From Hydrogenophilales bacterium 17-64-11 (GTDB lineage Bacteria; Pseudomonadota; Gammaproteobacteria; Burkholderiales; Thiobacillaceae): DNA of 64,000 nucleotides. The notes under the pieces are model-generated. The model was not told the origin of the DNA and searched no databases. It saw only the letters and a list, made by a program, of their open reading frames with translations. This document shows, one piece after another, positions 1 to 9,966 of this stretch. The stretch spans positions 19,435-83,434 of the forward strand of contig NCIH01000007.1 in NCBI GenBank assembly GCA_002281975.1, written 5' to 3'. The translations under genes were made by a program, and so were the position numbers. Each line of letters begins with the position of its first letter. Position 1 is the first letter of the stretch.

Positions 1-111
1 CATGCAGCGAGGCCTTCCGGGGCGCCGCTGTCGCATTTTCAACAGTGTTATCGACAGGATTTCGACAAAATGAAGCCCGCTGCGCGAAGTCCGGGCGCTG
101 GCGGGCGGCCG

Positions 112-546
112 TCAGGCGATGCCGAGCTTTTGATCCAGGCAGCGCAAATACGCCGCCGAATCGAACGCCGTCCGGTAGCGCTGTACCTGCCAGATCATTT
201 CCGCGAGGCAATCCATGATGTCGTGCTGGGCGTCCATGGCGTCGCCATGCAGGGCGAGCAAGCGCTGGTAGCGGTCGCGGATCCCCGGCGGCTGGTCGAC
301 CGAGAGCTGCTCGGCGATCGCCAGGTGCATGGACAGATGCAGAAAGGGGTTGGTTTCGCCGGACTCGGGCAGGTAGTCGCGCTCTATATGGCGATCGGGC
401 CGATCGAGCATGGCGTGGTATTCGGGGTGCGCCAGCACGACGTCGAGCGCCGGCTGCTCTGCGCCTGCCAGCGGCTGTCCGGCGCGGTATTTCGCCCACA
501 CGTCGAAGAAGAACTGGCGCACCTGATCGCGGCTGGGATTAAACAA
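112..546 (-). CDS. DUF1841 family protein
   Basis: FNPSRDQVRQFF, HPEYH and GETNPFLHLSMHLAIAEQLSVDQP motifs; TTG start at 546 overlapping the nth stop. Confidence 0.85.
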   Translation of the reverse strand: MFNPSRDQVRQFFFDVWAKYRAGQPLAGAEQPALDVVLAHPEYHAMLDRPDRHIERDYLPESGETNPFLHLSMHLAIAEQLSVDQPPGIRDRYQRLLALHGDAMDAQHDIMDCLAEMIWQVQRYRTAFDSAAYLRCLDQKLGIA

Positions 547-1171
547 GCTTGTCCTTGTACTCGCACAGATCCGCAATGAGGCATGCGGGGCATTTCGGCT
601 TTCTGGCCTGGCACACGTAGCGGCCGTGCAGGATCAGCCAGTGGTGGGCGTCGATGCGGAATTCGGCGGGGATGCTCTTGAGCAGCTTTTTTTCCACCTC
701 CAGCACGGTCTTGCCGGGCGCCAGGCCGGTGCGGTTGGCGACGCGGAAGATGTGGGTGTCGACCGCCATGGTCGGCTGGCCGAACGCGGTGTTCAGAACC
801 ACGTTGGCGGTTTTGCGCCCCACGCCGGGCAGCGCTTCGAGCGCGGCGCGGTCGGCGGGGACCCGGCTGCCGTGCTGCTCGACCAGCATCCGGCAGGCGG
901 CGATGAGATGCCGGGCCTTGCTCTTGTAGAGGCCGATGCTCTTGATGTAGTCCGCCAAGCCCGCCTCACCCAGCGCGTAGATGGCTTCGGGGGTGTTGGC
1001 CACCGGAAACAGCCTGCGCGTCGCCAGGTTCACCCCCTTGTCGGTGGCCTGCGCCGAGAGCACCACCGCCACCAGCAGTTCGAATGGCGTGGCGTATTCA
1101 AGCTCAGTGGCGGGATGGGGATTGGCCGCGCGCAGGCGGCTGAAGATTTCGCGGCGTTTGGCTGGATTCAT
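539..1171 (-). CDS. nth: Endonuclease III
   Basis: LSAQATD, HhH LPGVGRKTANV, VDTH and the 4Fe-4S motif CQARKPKCPACLIADLC. Confidence 0.97.
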   Translation of the reverse strand: MNPAKRREIFSRLRAANPHPATELEYATPFELLVAVVLSAQATDKGVNLATRRLFPVANTPEAIYALGEAGLADYIKSIGLYKSKARHLIAACRMLVEQHGSRVPADRAALEALPGVGRKTANVVLNTAFGQPTMAVDTHIFRVANRTGLAPGKTVLEVEKKLLKSIPAEFRIDAHHWLILHGRYVCQARKPKCPACLIADLCEYKDKLV

Positions 1172-1193
1172 GGCGGGCTTGGCATGCGGCGCG

Positions 1194-1346
1194 TCACTGC
1201 GTATCGAGCGACTTTTTCAATGCCTGTTTTTCGACTTGCCGCTTGGCGCCGGCTGATTTTTCATGTTCGCCGGCGCGGCGCTGGATCGCCAACGCGACAT
1301 AGGGATTGCGCGGCTTGGGAACGCGCTTTTTCAGCGGCGGTTTCAT
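1194..1346 (-). CDS. Small basic hypothetical protein (50 aa)
   Basis: ATG overlaps rnfE stop (ATGA); MKPPLKKRVPKPRNPYVALAIQRRAGEHEKS...; fills the rnfE-nth gap. Confidence 0.6.
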   Translation of the reverse strand: MKPPLKKRVPKPRNPYVALAIQRRAGEHEKSAGAKRQVEKQALKKSLDTQ

Positions 1347-2020
1347 GCCGCAACCGGCGCGGCCACGCGGGCGCGCTGTTCGGCGCGCGCCTTGTTCCAG
1401 TTGTTCGCGGCGATCAGCAGCCCCAGCGCGATGAAGGCGCCGGGCGGCAGGATCGCCAGCAGAAAGCCCTGGTAGCCGGGCAGCAGGTGCAGCACGAATT
1501 GCTTGGCATCCTCGCCGAACACCAGGTCGATGCCGGACAGCAGCGTGCCCTGCCCGGCGAGTTCGCGGATCGCGCCCAGCACCACCAGCACCAGCGTCAG
1601 GCCCAGGCCCATCGCAATCGCGTCGACCACGCTGTGCAGCGGGTGATTCTTGGCGGCAAACGCGTCGGCGCGCGCCAGCACGATGCAGTTGGTGGTGATC
1701 AGCGGGATGAAGATCCCCAGCACCAGATACAACGGGTGCACGAAGGCATTCATCGCCAGATCGATCACCGTGACCAGCGCGGCGATGATGAGAACGAACA
1801 CGGGAATGCGGATTTCGTTCGGCACGAAATGGCGCACCCCCGACACCGCTCCGCTGGAGGCGGCCATCACCAGTACGGTCGCCAGCCCCAGCGACAGCGC
1901 GTTGATGACGTTGTTGCTGATCGCCAGCAGCGGGCACAGGCCGAGCAACTGCACCAGCCCGGTGTTTTGCTTGACGAGGCCGTTGTGAAACAGGCTGCGG
2001 AATTCTGTTGCGGTGATCAT
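1343..2020 (-). CDS. rnfE: Rnf/Rsx electron transport complex subunit E
   Basis: LLGLCPLLA, LGIFIPLITTNCIVLARA, ILPPGAF; start trimmed to ATG 2020. Confidence 0.95.
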   Translation of the reverse strand: MITATEFRSLFHNGLVKQNTGLVQLLGLCPLLAISNNVINALSLGLATVLVMAASSGAVSGVRHFVPNEIRIPVFVLIIAALVTVIDLAMNAFVHPLYLVLGIFIPLITTNCIVLARADAFAAKNHPLHSVVDAIAMGLGLTLVLVVLGAIRELAGQGTLLSGIDLVFGEDAKQFVLHLLPGYQGFLLAILPPGAFIALGLLIAANNWNKARAEQRARVAAPVAA

Positions 2021-2670
2021 GGTTGGACTCCTGGCTCGGGCGTGGCCACCAGTGCGGCGCGGTGGCGCGCAAAATAGTCTAGCGCGCTTTTGACCGCCTT
2101 GACCACGGCGCGCGGGGTGATGGTGGCGCCGGCGCGGGCGTCGAAGACGCCGCCGTCCTTCGCCACTTTCCAGTGCCTGGGGGGCGGGGCGGCCAGCGAT
2201 TTGCCGGCAAACTGGTCGATCCAGGCGCTTTTGGCGCGGTCGATGTAATCGCCCAGCCCCGGTGTTTCGCGGTGCGCGGTGACGCGCACGCCGGTCACGT
2301 TGCCGTCGATGTCGATGCCGACCAGCAAGGCGATGTCGCCGCTGTAGCCGTCCGGCGCGACGGCCTCCAGCACCACGCCGCTGACTGCGCCGCCACGGCG
2401 GGCGATCCATATCGTCGAAGGCTTGCGGGTACCGAGCAGCGCGTCCGCCGGCGCGCTTTGCGGGCTGGCCAGCAGATCGTTGTCGTACAGCGCGGCGGGC
2501 AACACCTGGTTGATGAGCGCGAGCTTTTCGGCCTGCTGGCTGCGGGCGATGGTCGGCTCGGTGCGGTCGTGGGTGAACGCCAGCATCGCGGTGCCGATCA
2601 GCGAAAACACGAACAGGATGAGGCCGGTGCGCAGTGCGTTACGCAGAGCCGCCCAGATTTGCGGCGTCAT
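2017..2670 (-). CDS. rnfG: Rnf complex subunit G
   Basis: APDGYSGDI, HRETPGLGD, FMN-binding GATITPRAV; ATGA overlaps. Confidence 0.95.
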   Translation of the reverse strand: MTPQIWAALRNALRTGLILFVFSLIGTAMLAFTHDRTEPTIARSQQAEKLALINQVLPAALYDNDLLASPQSAPADALLGTRKPSTIWIARRGGAVSGVVLEAVAPDGYSGDIALLVGIDIDGNVTGVRVTAHRETPGLGDYIDRAKSAWIDQFAGKSLAAPPPRHWKVAKDGGVFDARAGATITPRAVVKAVKSALDYFARHRAALVATPEPGVQP

Positions 2671-3701
2671 GCGGGCGGCGCCTTGATCTTTTTCGCGCCG
2701 CCATAGATGCGCGGCTGGGTGTATTGATCGATCAGCGGCACGCACAGGTTCATCAGCAGGATGGCAAACGCGACGCCGTCGGGATAGCCGCCCCAGGTGC
2801 GGATGACGACGGTGAGAAAGCCCGCGCCGAAGCCGAAAATCAGCTTGCCGCGCGGCGTCGTGGCGCCGGATACCGGGTCGGTGGCGATGAAGAAGGCGCC
2901 GAGCATCACCGATGGCGCGAACAGATGGAACCACGGCGCGCCGAAGCGGCCGGCGTCGAAGAAATGCAGGAAGCCGGCGGTGAGCCAGATGCCGGCGAGG
3001 AAGGCCAGCGGCACCTGCCAGCCGACGATGCGCAAGGCCCACAGCACGAGGCCGCCGAGCAGGAACGCCGCCGCCAGCCACTCGAAACCGACGCCGCCGT
3101 AGTGGCCGAAAATCGGCTGCGCCATGATCTCGTCGACGGTGTGCTGCTGCAGCAGGCCGGTGCGCAGCGCGTCCAGCGGCGTCGCCATGGTGACGGCATC
3201 GAGCGTGGCCTTGGGCACGTCGCCGCCGAAAATAACCGCCGCACTTTGCGCCAGGGTGAGAGGGGCCGAAGTCAGTTCGAGCGGGGCCGCCCACTGCGTC
3301 ATCTGCGCCGGGAACGACACGATCAGCACCGCGTAGCCGACCATCGCCGGATTGAAGATGTTCTGCCCGAGGCCGCCGTACAGGTGCTTGGCGACCACGA
3401 TGGCGAACAGCGTGCCGGTGACGATCAGCCACCACGGCGCCAGCGAAGGCAGCGAGAGCGCCAGCAGCCAGGCGGTGACGATCGCCGACAGGTCGGCGAG
3501 GAAAGGCTTGGCCGGGTAGCCGCGCGCTTTCAGCATCGCCGCCTCGGCCGCCAGCGCGGTGACGGTGGCGAGCGCCAGGGTGACGAGGATGCCCGGCCCG
3601 AACGCCCAGACGTATACCGCAATGCCGGGCAGCAGCGCGGCCAGCACCCAGGCCATGACCTGGGTGACGCTGCTGCGATCAAGAATGAAAGGGGAGGGCA
3701 T
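2667..3701 (-). CDS. rnfD: Rnf complex subunit D
   Basis: KHLYGGLGQNIFNPAMVG, ATPLD, FFIATDPVS, GGYPDGVAFA. Confidence 0.96.
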   Translation of the reverse strand: MPSPFILDRSSVTQVMAWVLAALLPGIAVYVWAFGPGILVTLALATVTALAAEAAMLKARGYPAKPFLADLSAIVTAWLLALSLPSLAPWWLIVTGTLFAIVVAKHLYGGLGQNIFNPAMVGYAVLIVSFPAQMTQWAAPLELTSAPLTLAQSAAVIFGGDVPKATLDAVTMATPLDALRTGLLQQHTVDEIMAQPIFGHYGGVGFEWLAAAFLLGGLVLWALRIVGWQVPLAFLAGIWLTAGFLHFFDAGRFGAPWFHLFAPSVMLGAFFIATDPVSGATTPRGKLIFGFGAGFLTVVIRTWGGYPDGVAFAILLMNLCVPLIDQYTQPRIYGGAKKIKAPPA

Positions 3702-3724
3702 GATGCGTTTTCTTCCGTGACGCC

Positions 3725-5395
3725 TTAGGGTTTCTCGTCGGATTCCAGCGGCTGGCGCGCCAGCTCGCGGATTTTAGCCCGGCGCGCCTCGATTTCCTCG
3801 ATCTCGCGCTGGGTGCCGGGCGGCAGATGGTCGGTGTTCTTCGGCGCAGTCTCGGCTTTTTTTGCCTGCGCGCGGGCGAGCGCGGCGGCGATCAGCGCTT
3901 TCTTGGCGTCGGCTTCGCTGGGCGCGGCGCCGCCGGCGTCGGGCGCGGCGGCAAGTTCGGCGCGCTTGGCCTGGGCCTTGGCGGCAAGCTTCTCGGCTTT
4001 TTCTTTTTTCTCGCGCTCCTGCCGGAACTGGCGGAACGCGTGGCGTTCGCGCGCGAGGTCGGCGGCGCGCTTGTCCTTTTCGCGGGTCCAGATTTCGCTC
4101 TTGGCGTAGCGGTAAAAGTCGACCAGCGGAATGTGGCTGGGGCAGACGTAGCTGCAGCAGCCGCACTCGATGCAATCGAACAGATGGTATTCCTGCGCGC
4201 GCCCGAAGTCGCCCGCCTTGGCGAAGCGGAACAGTTCCTGCGGCTGCAGTTCCGCCGGACAGGCGTCGGCGCAGCGGGTGCAGCGGATGCACGGCAAAGC
4301 CTTGGGCAGCGGCGGGAACAGCTCGGCCGACTGCACCAGGATGCAGTTGGTCGCCTTGACCACCGGCACATCGAGATTAGGCATCGGCATGCCCATCATC
4401 GGCCCGCCCATCAGCACGCCGGTGGTGCCGTCGCGGTCGCCCGCCAGGGTGATCAGCGCATGCATCGGCGTGCCGATCAGCACCTCGAAGTTCTGCGGCC
4501 GCAGCACGTGGCCGGTGACGGTGACCAGCCGCGAGATCAGCGGTTCGCCATGGTGCACCGCGCGTGCCAGCGCATAGGCGGTGCCGACGTTGAACACCTG
4601 GATGCCGATGTCGGTGGACAGCTTGCCGGACGGGACCTCCCTGCCGGTGAGCACCTGGATCATCTGCTTGGCGCCGCCGCCGGGGTAGCGCGCCGGCACG
4701 ACCACGATTTCCGCTGCAAAGTCCATCCGGGCCGCGGCCGCCTGCATCGCGGCGATGGCTTCCGGCTTGTTGTCCTCGATGCCGACGAGGATTTCCGTGC
4801 TGCCCAGCAGGTGGCGCATGATCGCCACGCCCTGCAGGATCTCGTCGGCACGGGTGCGCATCAGCACGTCGTCGCAGGTGATCCACGGCTCGCATTCGCC
4901 GCCGTTGATGATGAGGGTGGGGCAGTGCTGCGCCGCGCCGGGATCGAGCTTGACCGCGCTGGGGAACACCGCGCCGCCGAGGCCGGCCAGCCCCAGGTCG
5001 CGCAGCCGCATGCGCAGGTCGGCCGGCGCCAGCGCCCGGTAATCGAGCGGGCCATGTTCCACCCACTCGTCGCGGCCGTCGGTTTCGATGCTGATGCACA
5101 GGTCGGGCAGGCCGGAGATATGCGGTACCGGCTGCAGGTCGACGGCGCTGACGATGCCCGAGCTGGAGGCGTGCACCGCCGCCGAGATGGTGCCGTCGGC
5201 TTCCCCGATCATCTGGCCCTTCAGCACCCGGTCGCCCACGCTTACCAGCGGTTTGGCCGGGCTGCCGATGTGCTGGCGCAGCGGGATGACCAGTTTCTTC
5301 GGCAGCGGCGCGGCGCGGACCGGCCGTGCGTTCGACTCTGCCTTGTGCTCGGGTGGATGCACGCCGCCCTTGAATTTGAACAGTTCGCGGCTCAT
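3725..5395 (-). CDS. rnfC: Rnf complex subunit C
   Basis: [53 protein letters not shown]. Confidence 0.96.
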   Translation of the reverse strand: MSRELFKFKGGVHPPEHKAESNARPVRAAPLPKKLVIPLRQHIGSPAKPLVSVGDRVLKGQMIGEADGTISAAVHASSSGIVSAVDLQPVPHISGLPDLCISIETDGRDEWVEHGPLDYRALAPADLRMRLRDLGLAGLGGAVFPSAVKLDPGAAQHCPTLIINGGECEPWITCDDVLMRTRADEILQGVAIMRHLLGSTEILVGIEDNKPEAIAAMQAAAARMDFAAEIVVVPARYPGGGAKQMIQVLTGREVPSGKLSTDIGIQVFNVGTAYALARAVHHGEPLISRLVTVTGHVLRPQNFEVLIGTPMHALITLAGDRDGTTGVLMGGPMMGMPMPNLDVPVVKATNCILVQSAELFPPLPKALPCIRCTRCADACPAELQPQELFRFAKAGDFGRAQEYHLFDCIECGCCSYVCPSHIPLVDFYRYAKSEIWTREKDKRAADLARERHAFRQFRQEREKKEKAEKLAAKAQAKRAELAAAPDAGGAAPSEADAKKALIAAALARAQAKKAETAPKNTDHLPPGTQREIEEIEARRAKIRELARQPLESDEKP

Positions 5396-5958
5396 GCGCT
5401 GCGGTCTCCGGAAACCTGCTTCAGCATCACCACCGGATGCTTCCACTTCCAGTGCGGCAGATCTTCGGCGATCGGCACCATGGTGATGCAGTCGACCGGG
5501 CACGGCGGCAGGCACAGTTCGCAGCCGGTGCACTCGGCCGCAATGATGGTGTGCATCTGCTTGGCGGCGCCGGAAATGGCGTCGACCGGACAGGCCTGGA
5601 TGCACAGGGTGCAGCCGATGCAGGTCTGTTCGTCGATGAAGGCCACCGACTTGGGCTTGGGTGCGCCATGGGTTTCGTCGAGCGGCTTGGGTTCCACGCC
5701 GAGCAGGTCGGCCAGTTTCTTCACCCCTTCCTCGCCGCCCGGCGGGCACAGGTTGATATCCGCCTCGCCCTTGGCGATCGCCTCGGCATAGGGCCGGCAG
5801 CCGAGAAATCCGCACTGTCCGCACTGCGTCTGCGGCAGGATGGCGTCGATCTTTTCCGCCAGCGGGTTGCCTTCCACCTTGAACCGGATGGCCGACCAGC
5901 CGAGCGCCAGTCCGATCGCCACCGCGATGCCGGCCATCACCAGAATGGCGGCAAGCAT
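5392..5958 (-). CDS. rnfB: Rnf complex subunit B
   Basis: [34 protein letters not shown] ferredoxin motifs. Confidence 0.96.
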   Translation of the reverse strand: MLAAILVMAGIAVAIGLALGWSAIRFKVEGNPLAEKIDAILPQTQCGQCGFLGCRPYAEAIAKGEADINLCPPGGEEGVKKLADLLGVEPKPLDETHGAPKPKSVAFIDEQTCIGCTLCIQACPVDAISGAAKQMHTIIAAECTGCELCLPPCPVDCITMVPIAEDLPHWKWKHPVVMLKQVSGDRSA

Positions 5959-6533
5959 TACTTGACCAGCCCGGAGAAGCCCATGAATGCCAGCGACATC
6001 AAGCCTGCGGTGATCATTGCAATGCTGGTGCCCTTGAACGGCGAAGGAACGTCGCATGTCTCCATCCGTTCACGGATGCCGGCAAACAGGACCAGCACCA
6101 GGGTGAAGCCGAGCGCTCCGCCGGCGCCGAAAAACAATGATTCGACGAAGCCGTGCTGTTCCTGCGCGTTGAGCAGCGGAATCCCCAGCACGGCGCAGTT
6201 GGTGGTGATGAGCGGCAGGTAGATCCCCAGCACCTGGTACAGCACCGGGCTGGATTTGTGGATGAACATCTCGGTGAACTGCACGATCCCGGCGATCACC
6301 ACGATGAACGACAGCGTGCGCAGGTAGAACAATTCGGGGCCGAGCAGGTATTCGTTGACGAGATAGCTCGCCCCGGACGCCAGCGTCAGCACGAAGGCCG
6401 TCGCCAGCCCCATACCGATTGCCGCTTCCAGCTTCTTCGACACACCCATGAACGGGCACAGACCGAGAATCTTGGCCATCACGATGTTGTTCACGAACAC
6501 CGTGGAAATAATGATGAGGATGTAGGTTTCCAA
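5958..6533 (-). CDS. rnfA: Rnf complex subunit A
   Basis: [37 protein letters not shown]; probable TTG start. Confidence 0.95.
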   Translation of the reverse strand: METYILIIISTVFVNNIVMAKILGLCPFMGVSKKLEAAIGMGLATAFVLTLASGASYLVNEYLLGPELFYLRTLSFIVVIAGIVQFTEMFIHKSSPVLYQVLGIYLPLITTNCAVLGIPLLNAQEQHGFVESLFFGAGGALGFTLVLVLFAGIRERMETCDVPSPFKGTSIAMITAGLMSLAFMGFSGLVK

Positions 6534-6823
6534 AGCAGGCAGCCCGACGCGATAGCGCATTATCCGCCTTTAGGCGCGAGGGATTCAAGCTGTTGCGGGC
6601 AGGGCTATTGGCCTGTGCCGGCTGCCGCGGCCCGTAAAGGGGGCAATCATGGCTGCCTTATTGAAGGATATCGAGGATCGGGCGCCCATTCGCGGGGAAT
6701 GGCGATGCCGTGCGTCAGGCAAGGGGAAGCTTCGCAGGGATTTGAAGGATTTTTCGATGGCTTCCGTGCGTGCGGGGCAGCCTGCAGGCCGTCCGCCGCC
6801 TGGGGCGTTACCTGCGCGTCGAT

Positions 6824-7786
6824 TCAGCCGAGCGACTTGCCGCTGGCCCAGAAGTCGTAGCCCTTGATCAAAAACTCGTCCCACGGCAGGTAGTGCGAGC
6901 CGTCGCACGAGAAGGTGAGGCCAACCATGCCGTTGAAGATGTTGAGCGACCCCCCGCGCAGATAAAACGTCTCGTCCATGAAGCGCAGCGCGCGCAGGCT
7001 GTCGAGCACCGTACGGATCTTGTCGCGGGGCACCGCAGCGTCGGCCGGGTAGGGGTGGCACGGATAAATCAGGCAGGTATCGGGGTCGGTCAGCGCGTCG
7101 ATGTCGAGCAGGCGGTAGCGATAGGGGTCGTCGACCAGCCAGATGGTGGCACGGCTGCTGGAAAAGTGCAGTTTGCCGTGGAACACGCCGCGATCGGTCA
7201 TCAGTTCCTCCATCACCCCCAGCACCGTGTCGAGGTTGAGGTCCATCTGGCTGTCGCTGCGGGTCTGGTGGAACACCGCGCCGCGGATCGCCGGGTCGCC
7301 CTTGATCTGCCGCCAGTAGGTCGGTTCGTCGTACAGCTTGCCGGTGATCGGCAGGTCGCGCAGGTCGAAATCGGCGCCGACGAAGCCAAGCGCGCGGCCG
7401 TCGTCGTCGCGCACGATCTGGATCGCGGTCAGCGACGGCCGCTTGGCGCGCAGGCTGATGTAAGCCTGCGTCAGCAGAAAGCCCTGGTTCGGTACCGCTT
7501 CGCGCATGTAGGGGCGGTCGGAGCGGTCGCGCCCGTAGTCCGTCTCGATCAGGCCTTCGCGGCTGATGTTGTCGGAGAGCTGGATCGCGCGGGTATCCAG
7601 CGCATACAGGTATTTGCACGCCGGCAGGGTCGTCAGCGCATGGCTCAGCGCGGCGTTGAGCCCGGCGCGGCTCGGCCATGCCCGGCTGCACGCCTGCGCG
7701 GCCAGCGCCAGCGGCTCGCGCAGCAGGTTGGCGAGGGCGTCGCGCTGGTGGGCGACGCTTTCGGAGAGGGTGCTGGGGGTGGACAT
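6824..7786 (-). CDS. PDC/Cache-like sensor domain protein
   Basis: GRDRSDRPYM, AYISL..RPSLT, GFVGADF resemble a PDC sensor domain; start trimmed to ATG 7786. Confidence 0.7.
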   Translation of the reverse strand: MSTPSTLSESVAHQRDALANLLREPLALAAQACSRAWPSRAGLNAALSHALTTLPACKYLYALDTRAIQLSDNISREGLIETDYGRDRSDRPYMREAVPNQGFLLTQAYISLRAKRPSLTAIQIVRDDDGRALGFVGADFDLRDLPITGKLYDEPTYWRQIKGDPAIRGAVFHQTRSDSQMDLNLDTVLGVMEELMTDRGVFHGKLHFSSSRATIWLVDDPYRYRLLDIDALTDPDTCLIYPCHPYPADAAVPRDKIRTVLDSLRALRFMDETFYLRGGSLNIFNGMVGLTFSCDGSHYLPWDEFLIKGYDFWASGKSLG

Positions 7787-7827
7787 GGCGGTTCGGTTTG
7801 CGACGGCTGTTTGAATATTTTCCACGA

Positions 7828-8493
7828 TCAGGCGCGCAGCGAAATCACCGGCCAGCCCTTGCCCTCGGCATGGGCGCGCAGGGTGGGGTCGGGATCGACG
7901 GCGACGGGGCGGCGGACTTTTTCCAGCAGCGGCAGGTCGTTGTGCGAGTCGCTGTAGAACCAGCTGGTGGTGAGGCAGTCGAGGCGGGTGCCGTGGGCTT
8001 CGAGGAAGTGTTCGAGGCGGACGACCTTGCCTTCGCGGAAGCAGGGGGTGCCGGCGACTTCGCCGGTGAAGCGGCCGTCGCGCTGCTCGGGTTCGGTGGC
8101 GATCAGGTGGGGGATGCCGAATTCGCGCGCAATCGGCGCGGTGACGAAGCTGTTGGTAGCGGTGATGACGGCGACCAGGTCGGCTTCGTCGAGGTGTCTG
8201 GCGACCAGGTCGCGCGCGGCCTGGGTAATCATCGGCTTGATGCGCGTCGCCATGTATTCGGCGTGCCAGACGTCGAGCTGTTCGCGCGTGTGGGTGGCGA
8301 GCGGGCGCAGGGCGAACGCGAGGAAGGCATGAATATCCAGCCGTCCGGCCTTGTAGTCTTCGTAGAACGCGCGGTTCTTGGCTTCGTAGTGGGCGCCGTC
8401 GACCGCGCCCTTGGCGATGAGGAATTGGCCCCATTCGTAGTCGGAGTCGCCGGCGAGCAGGGTGTTGTCGAGGTCGAACAGGACGAGATTCAT
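7828..8493 (-). CDS. HAD-IB family hydrolase
   Basis: FDLDNTL motif I, ITAT motif II, YSDSHNDLPLL motif IV. Confidence 0.92.
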   Translation of the reverse strand: MNLVLFDLDNTLLAGDSDYEWGQFLIAKGAVDGAHYEAKNRAFYEDYKAGRLDIHAFLAFALRPLATHTREQLDVWHAEYMATRIKPMITQAARDLVARHLDEADLVAVITATNSFVTAPIAREFGIPHLIATEPEQRDGRFTGEVAGTPCFREGKVVRLEHFLEAHGTRLDCLTTSWFYSDSHNDLPLLEKVRRPVAVDPDPTLRAHAEGKGWPVISLRA

Positions 8494-8530
8494 AGCGGGA
8501 TGCAAACTAAACGATTCAAGTTACAGGAAT

Positions 8531-9199
8531 TCAAGCGCGCGGAGCCTGGCCGCGGTCGCGCCAGAAGTCGCGCAGTTCATAACAGCTCCAGATCGCCATC
8601 GCCACGTAATCGTTGCGGCTGGTCTGGCGCTCTGCTTCCGTCCATTCTCCGGGCGGCGTCATCAGCACATACAGCGGGTCGAGCATTTCGTCGACGAAGG
8701 CTTCGTCCTTGCTGTCCGGCGGCAGTTCCCAGTCGGCTTCCCAGTGTTCCACCACCTGCAGGAATCCGGCTGCCCAGAGGCTGGCATAAGGCGGGACGCC
8801 TTCGGCCCTGAGCGCGGCGGCCTCGTTTTTCGGCAGGTCGGCCAGCAGGCCTTCCCAGTCCATGATGAGCGGGGACAGCGCGCGCGGGTCGGCCAGGTTG
8901 TCGATCGGGACGGCGAGCGCGCGCGCGATCTCGTTCCAGCGGCGGCCGAGCAGCGCTTCGAAGCGGCCGTATTGCGCAGCATCGGCGAACAGCGTTGCGG
9001 GAGCGTCATGCTCGAACAGCACCGGCAGATAGCTTTCCGCTGCGATCGGGCGCGGCGAACATTGCAGGGCCGTGACGAAGCCGTCGACGCCTTCGAGCGA
9101 CAGCGGCGCGTCGGTGCGCGCGGCGGCATCGTCGATCAGGTCGGCCAGTTCGGCGATGTCGTCGTCGTTGAGCGGCGCGTTCTGGTTTTTGCTGGACAT
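8531..9199 (-). CDS. UPF0149/YecA family protein
   Basis: LEGVDGFVTAL, WAAGF motifs. Confidence 0.8.
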   Translation of the reverse strand: MSSKNQNAPLNDDDIAELADLIDDAAARTDAPLSLEGVDGFVTALQCSPRPIAAESYLPVLFEHDAPATLFADAAQYGRFEALLGRRWNEIARALAVPIDNLADPRALSPLIMDWEGLLADLPKNEAAALRAEGVPPYASLWAAGFLQVVEHWEADWELPPDSKDEAFVDEMLDPLYVLMTPPGEWTEAERQTSRNDYVAMAIWSCYELRDFWRDRGQAPRA

Positions 9200-9258
9200 G
9201 GCAGGGGCTCGATGCGAAGGGCGCGGCAACGCACTGGGGCTTCGCGTAAAATTGATGG

Positions 9259-9927
9259 ATGAATTTTACCGCGCTTGTGCTGCCGCAATCATTACATCTG
9301 TTCGGCTGGCTGGGGCTGGCCTTTCTGGGCTGGCGCTGGCTGATGTCGGGCGACTGGCGCAGGCTTGCGCAGCCGGCGCGCCTGAACCTGTTTCTGGGCG
9401 CCACGGTGGCGCTGCTGGCGCTGTGGCAGATCCGTGCCGGGGTGAAGCCGGGGCTGGCGTTTCATCTGTACGGCATTTCGGCCATGACGCTGATGTTCGG
9501 CTTCTGGCGCGCGAGCTTTGCCGGGGTGCTGGTTCTGCTGGCCAATGCGGCGTTCGGGCGCGGCAATCCGGTTGCGCTGGGGATCGATGCGCTGTTGCAG
9601 GCGGCGCTGCCTGCGGCGGTGAGCTGGGGCGTGTTCCGCCTGCTGGAACGCCGCCTGCCGAATCATTTGTTCATTTACGTGCTGGGCAACGGTTTTTTCG
9701 GCGCAGCGGTGGCGGTGGCGGCCGTCGGGCTGGCCACCACGGCAGTGATGGCGCTGGCCGGCGCCTATCCGCTCGATTATCTGCTGACGCAGTACACGCC
9801 GTATGCCGCGCTGCTGCTCGCCTGGGCCGAGGCTTTTTCCACCGGCATGGCGATTACCGTGATGGCGGTATACCGGCCAGCCTGGCTGGAAACCTTCGAT
9901 GACGCGCGGTATATCCAGAACAAATGA
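9259..9927 (+). CDS. ECF-type (CbiM-like) transporter permease
   Basis: Multi-TM; HLYG..AMTLMFG, LPNHLFIYVLGNGF, EAFSTG, YRPAWLETFDD..Y. Confidence 0.8.
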   Translation: MNFTALVLPQSLHLFGWLGLAFLGWRWLMSGDWRRLAQPARLNLFLGATVALLALWQIRAGVKPGLAFHLYGISAMTLMFGFWRASFAGVLVLLANAAFGRGNPVALGIDALLQAALPAAVSWGVFRLLERRLPNHLFIYVLGNGFFGAAVAVAAVGLATTAVMALAGAYPLDYLLTQYTPYAALLLAWAEAFSTGMAITVMAVYRPAWLETFDDARYIQNK

Positions 9928-9966
9928 ACATTTTTGTCCGCGCACTGCGCGGACGGTTTTTGAATT

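Noticed and set aside
8531-9199. UPF0149/YecA protein without a SEC-C tail as a possible truncation
   Set aside because: No SEC-C remnant visible downstream; short forms are plausible
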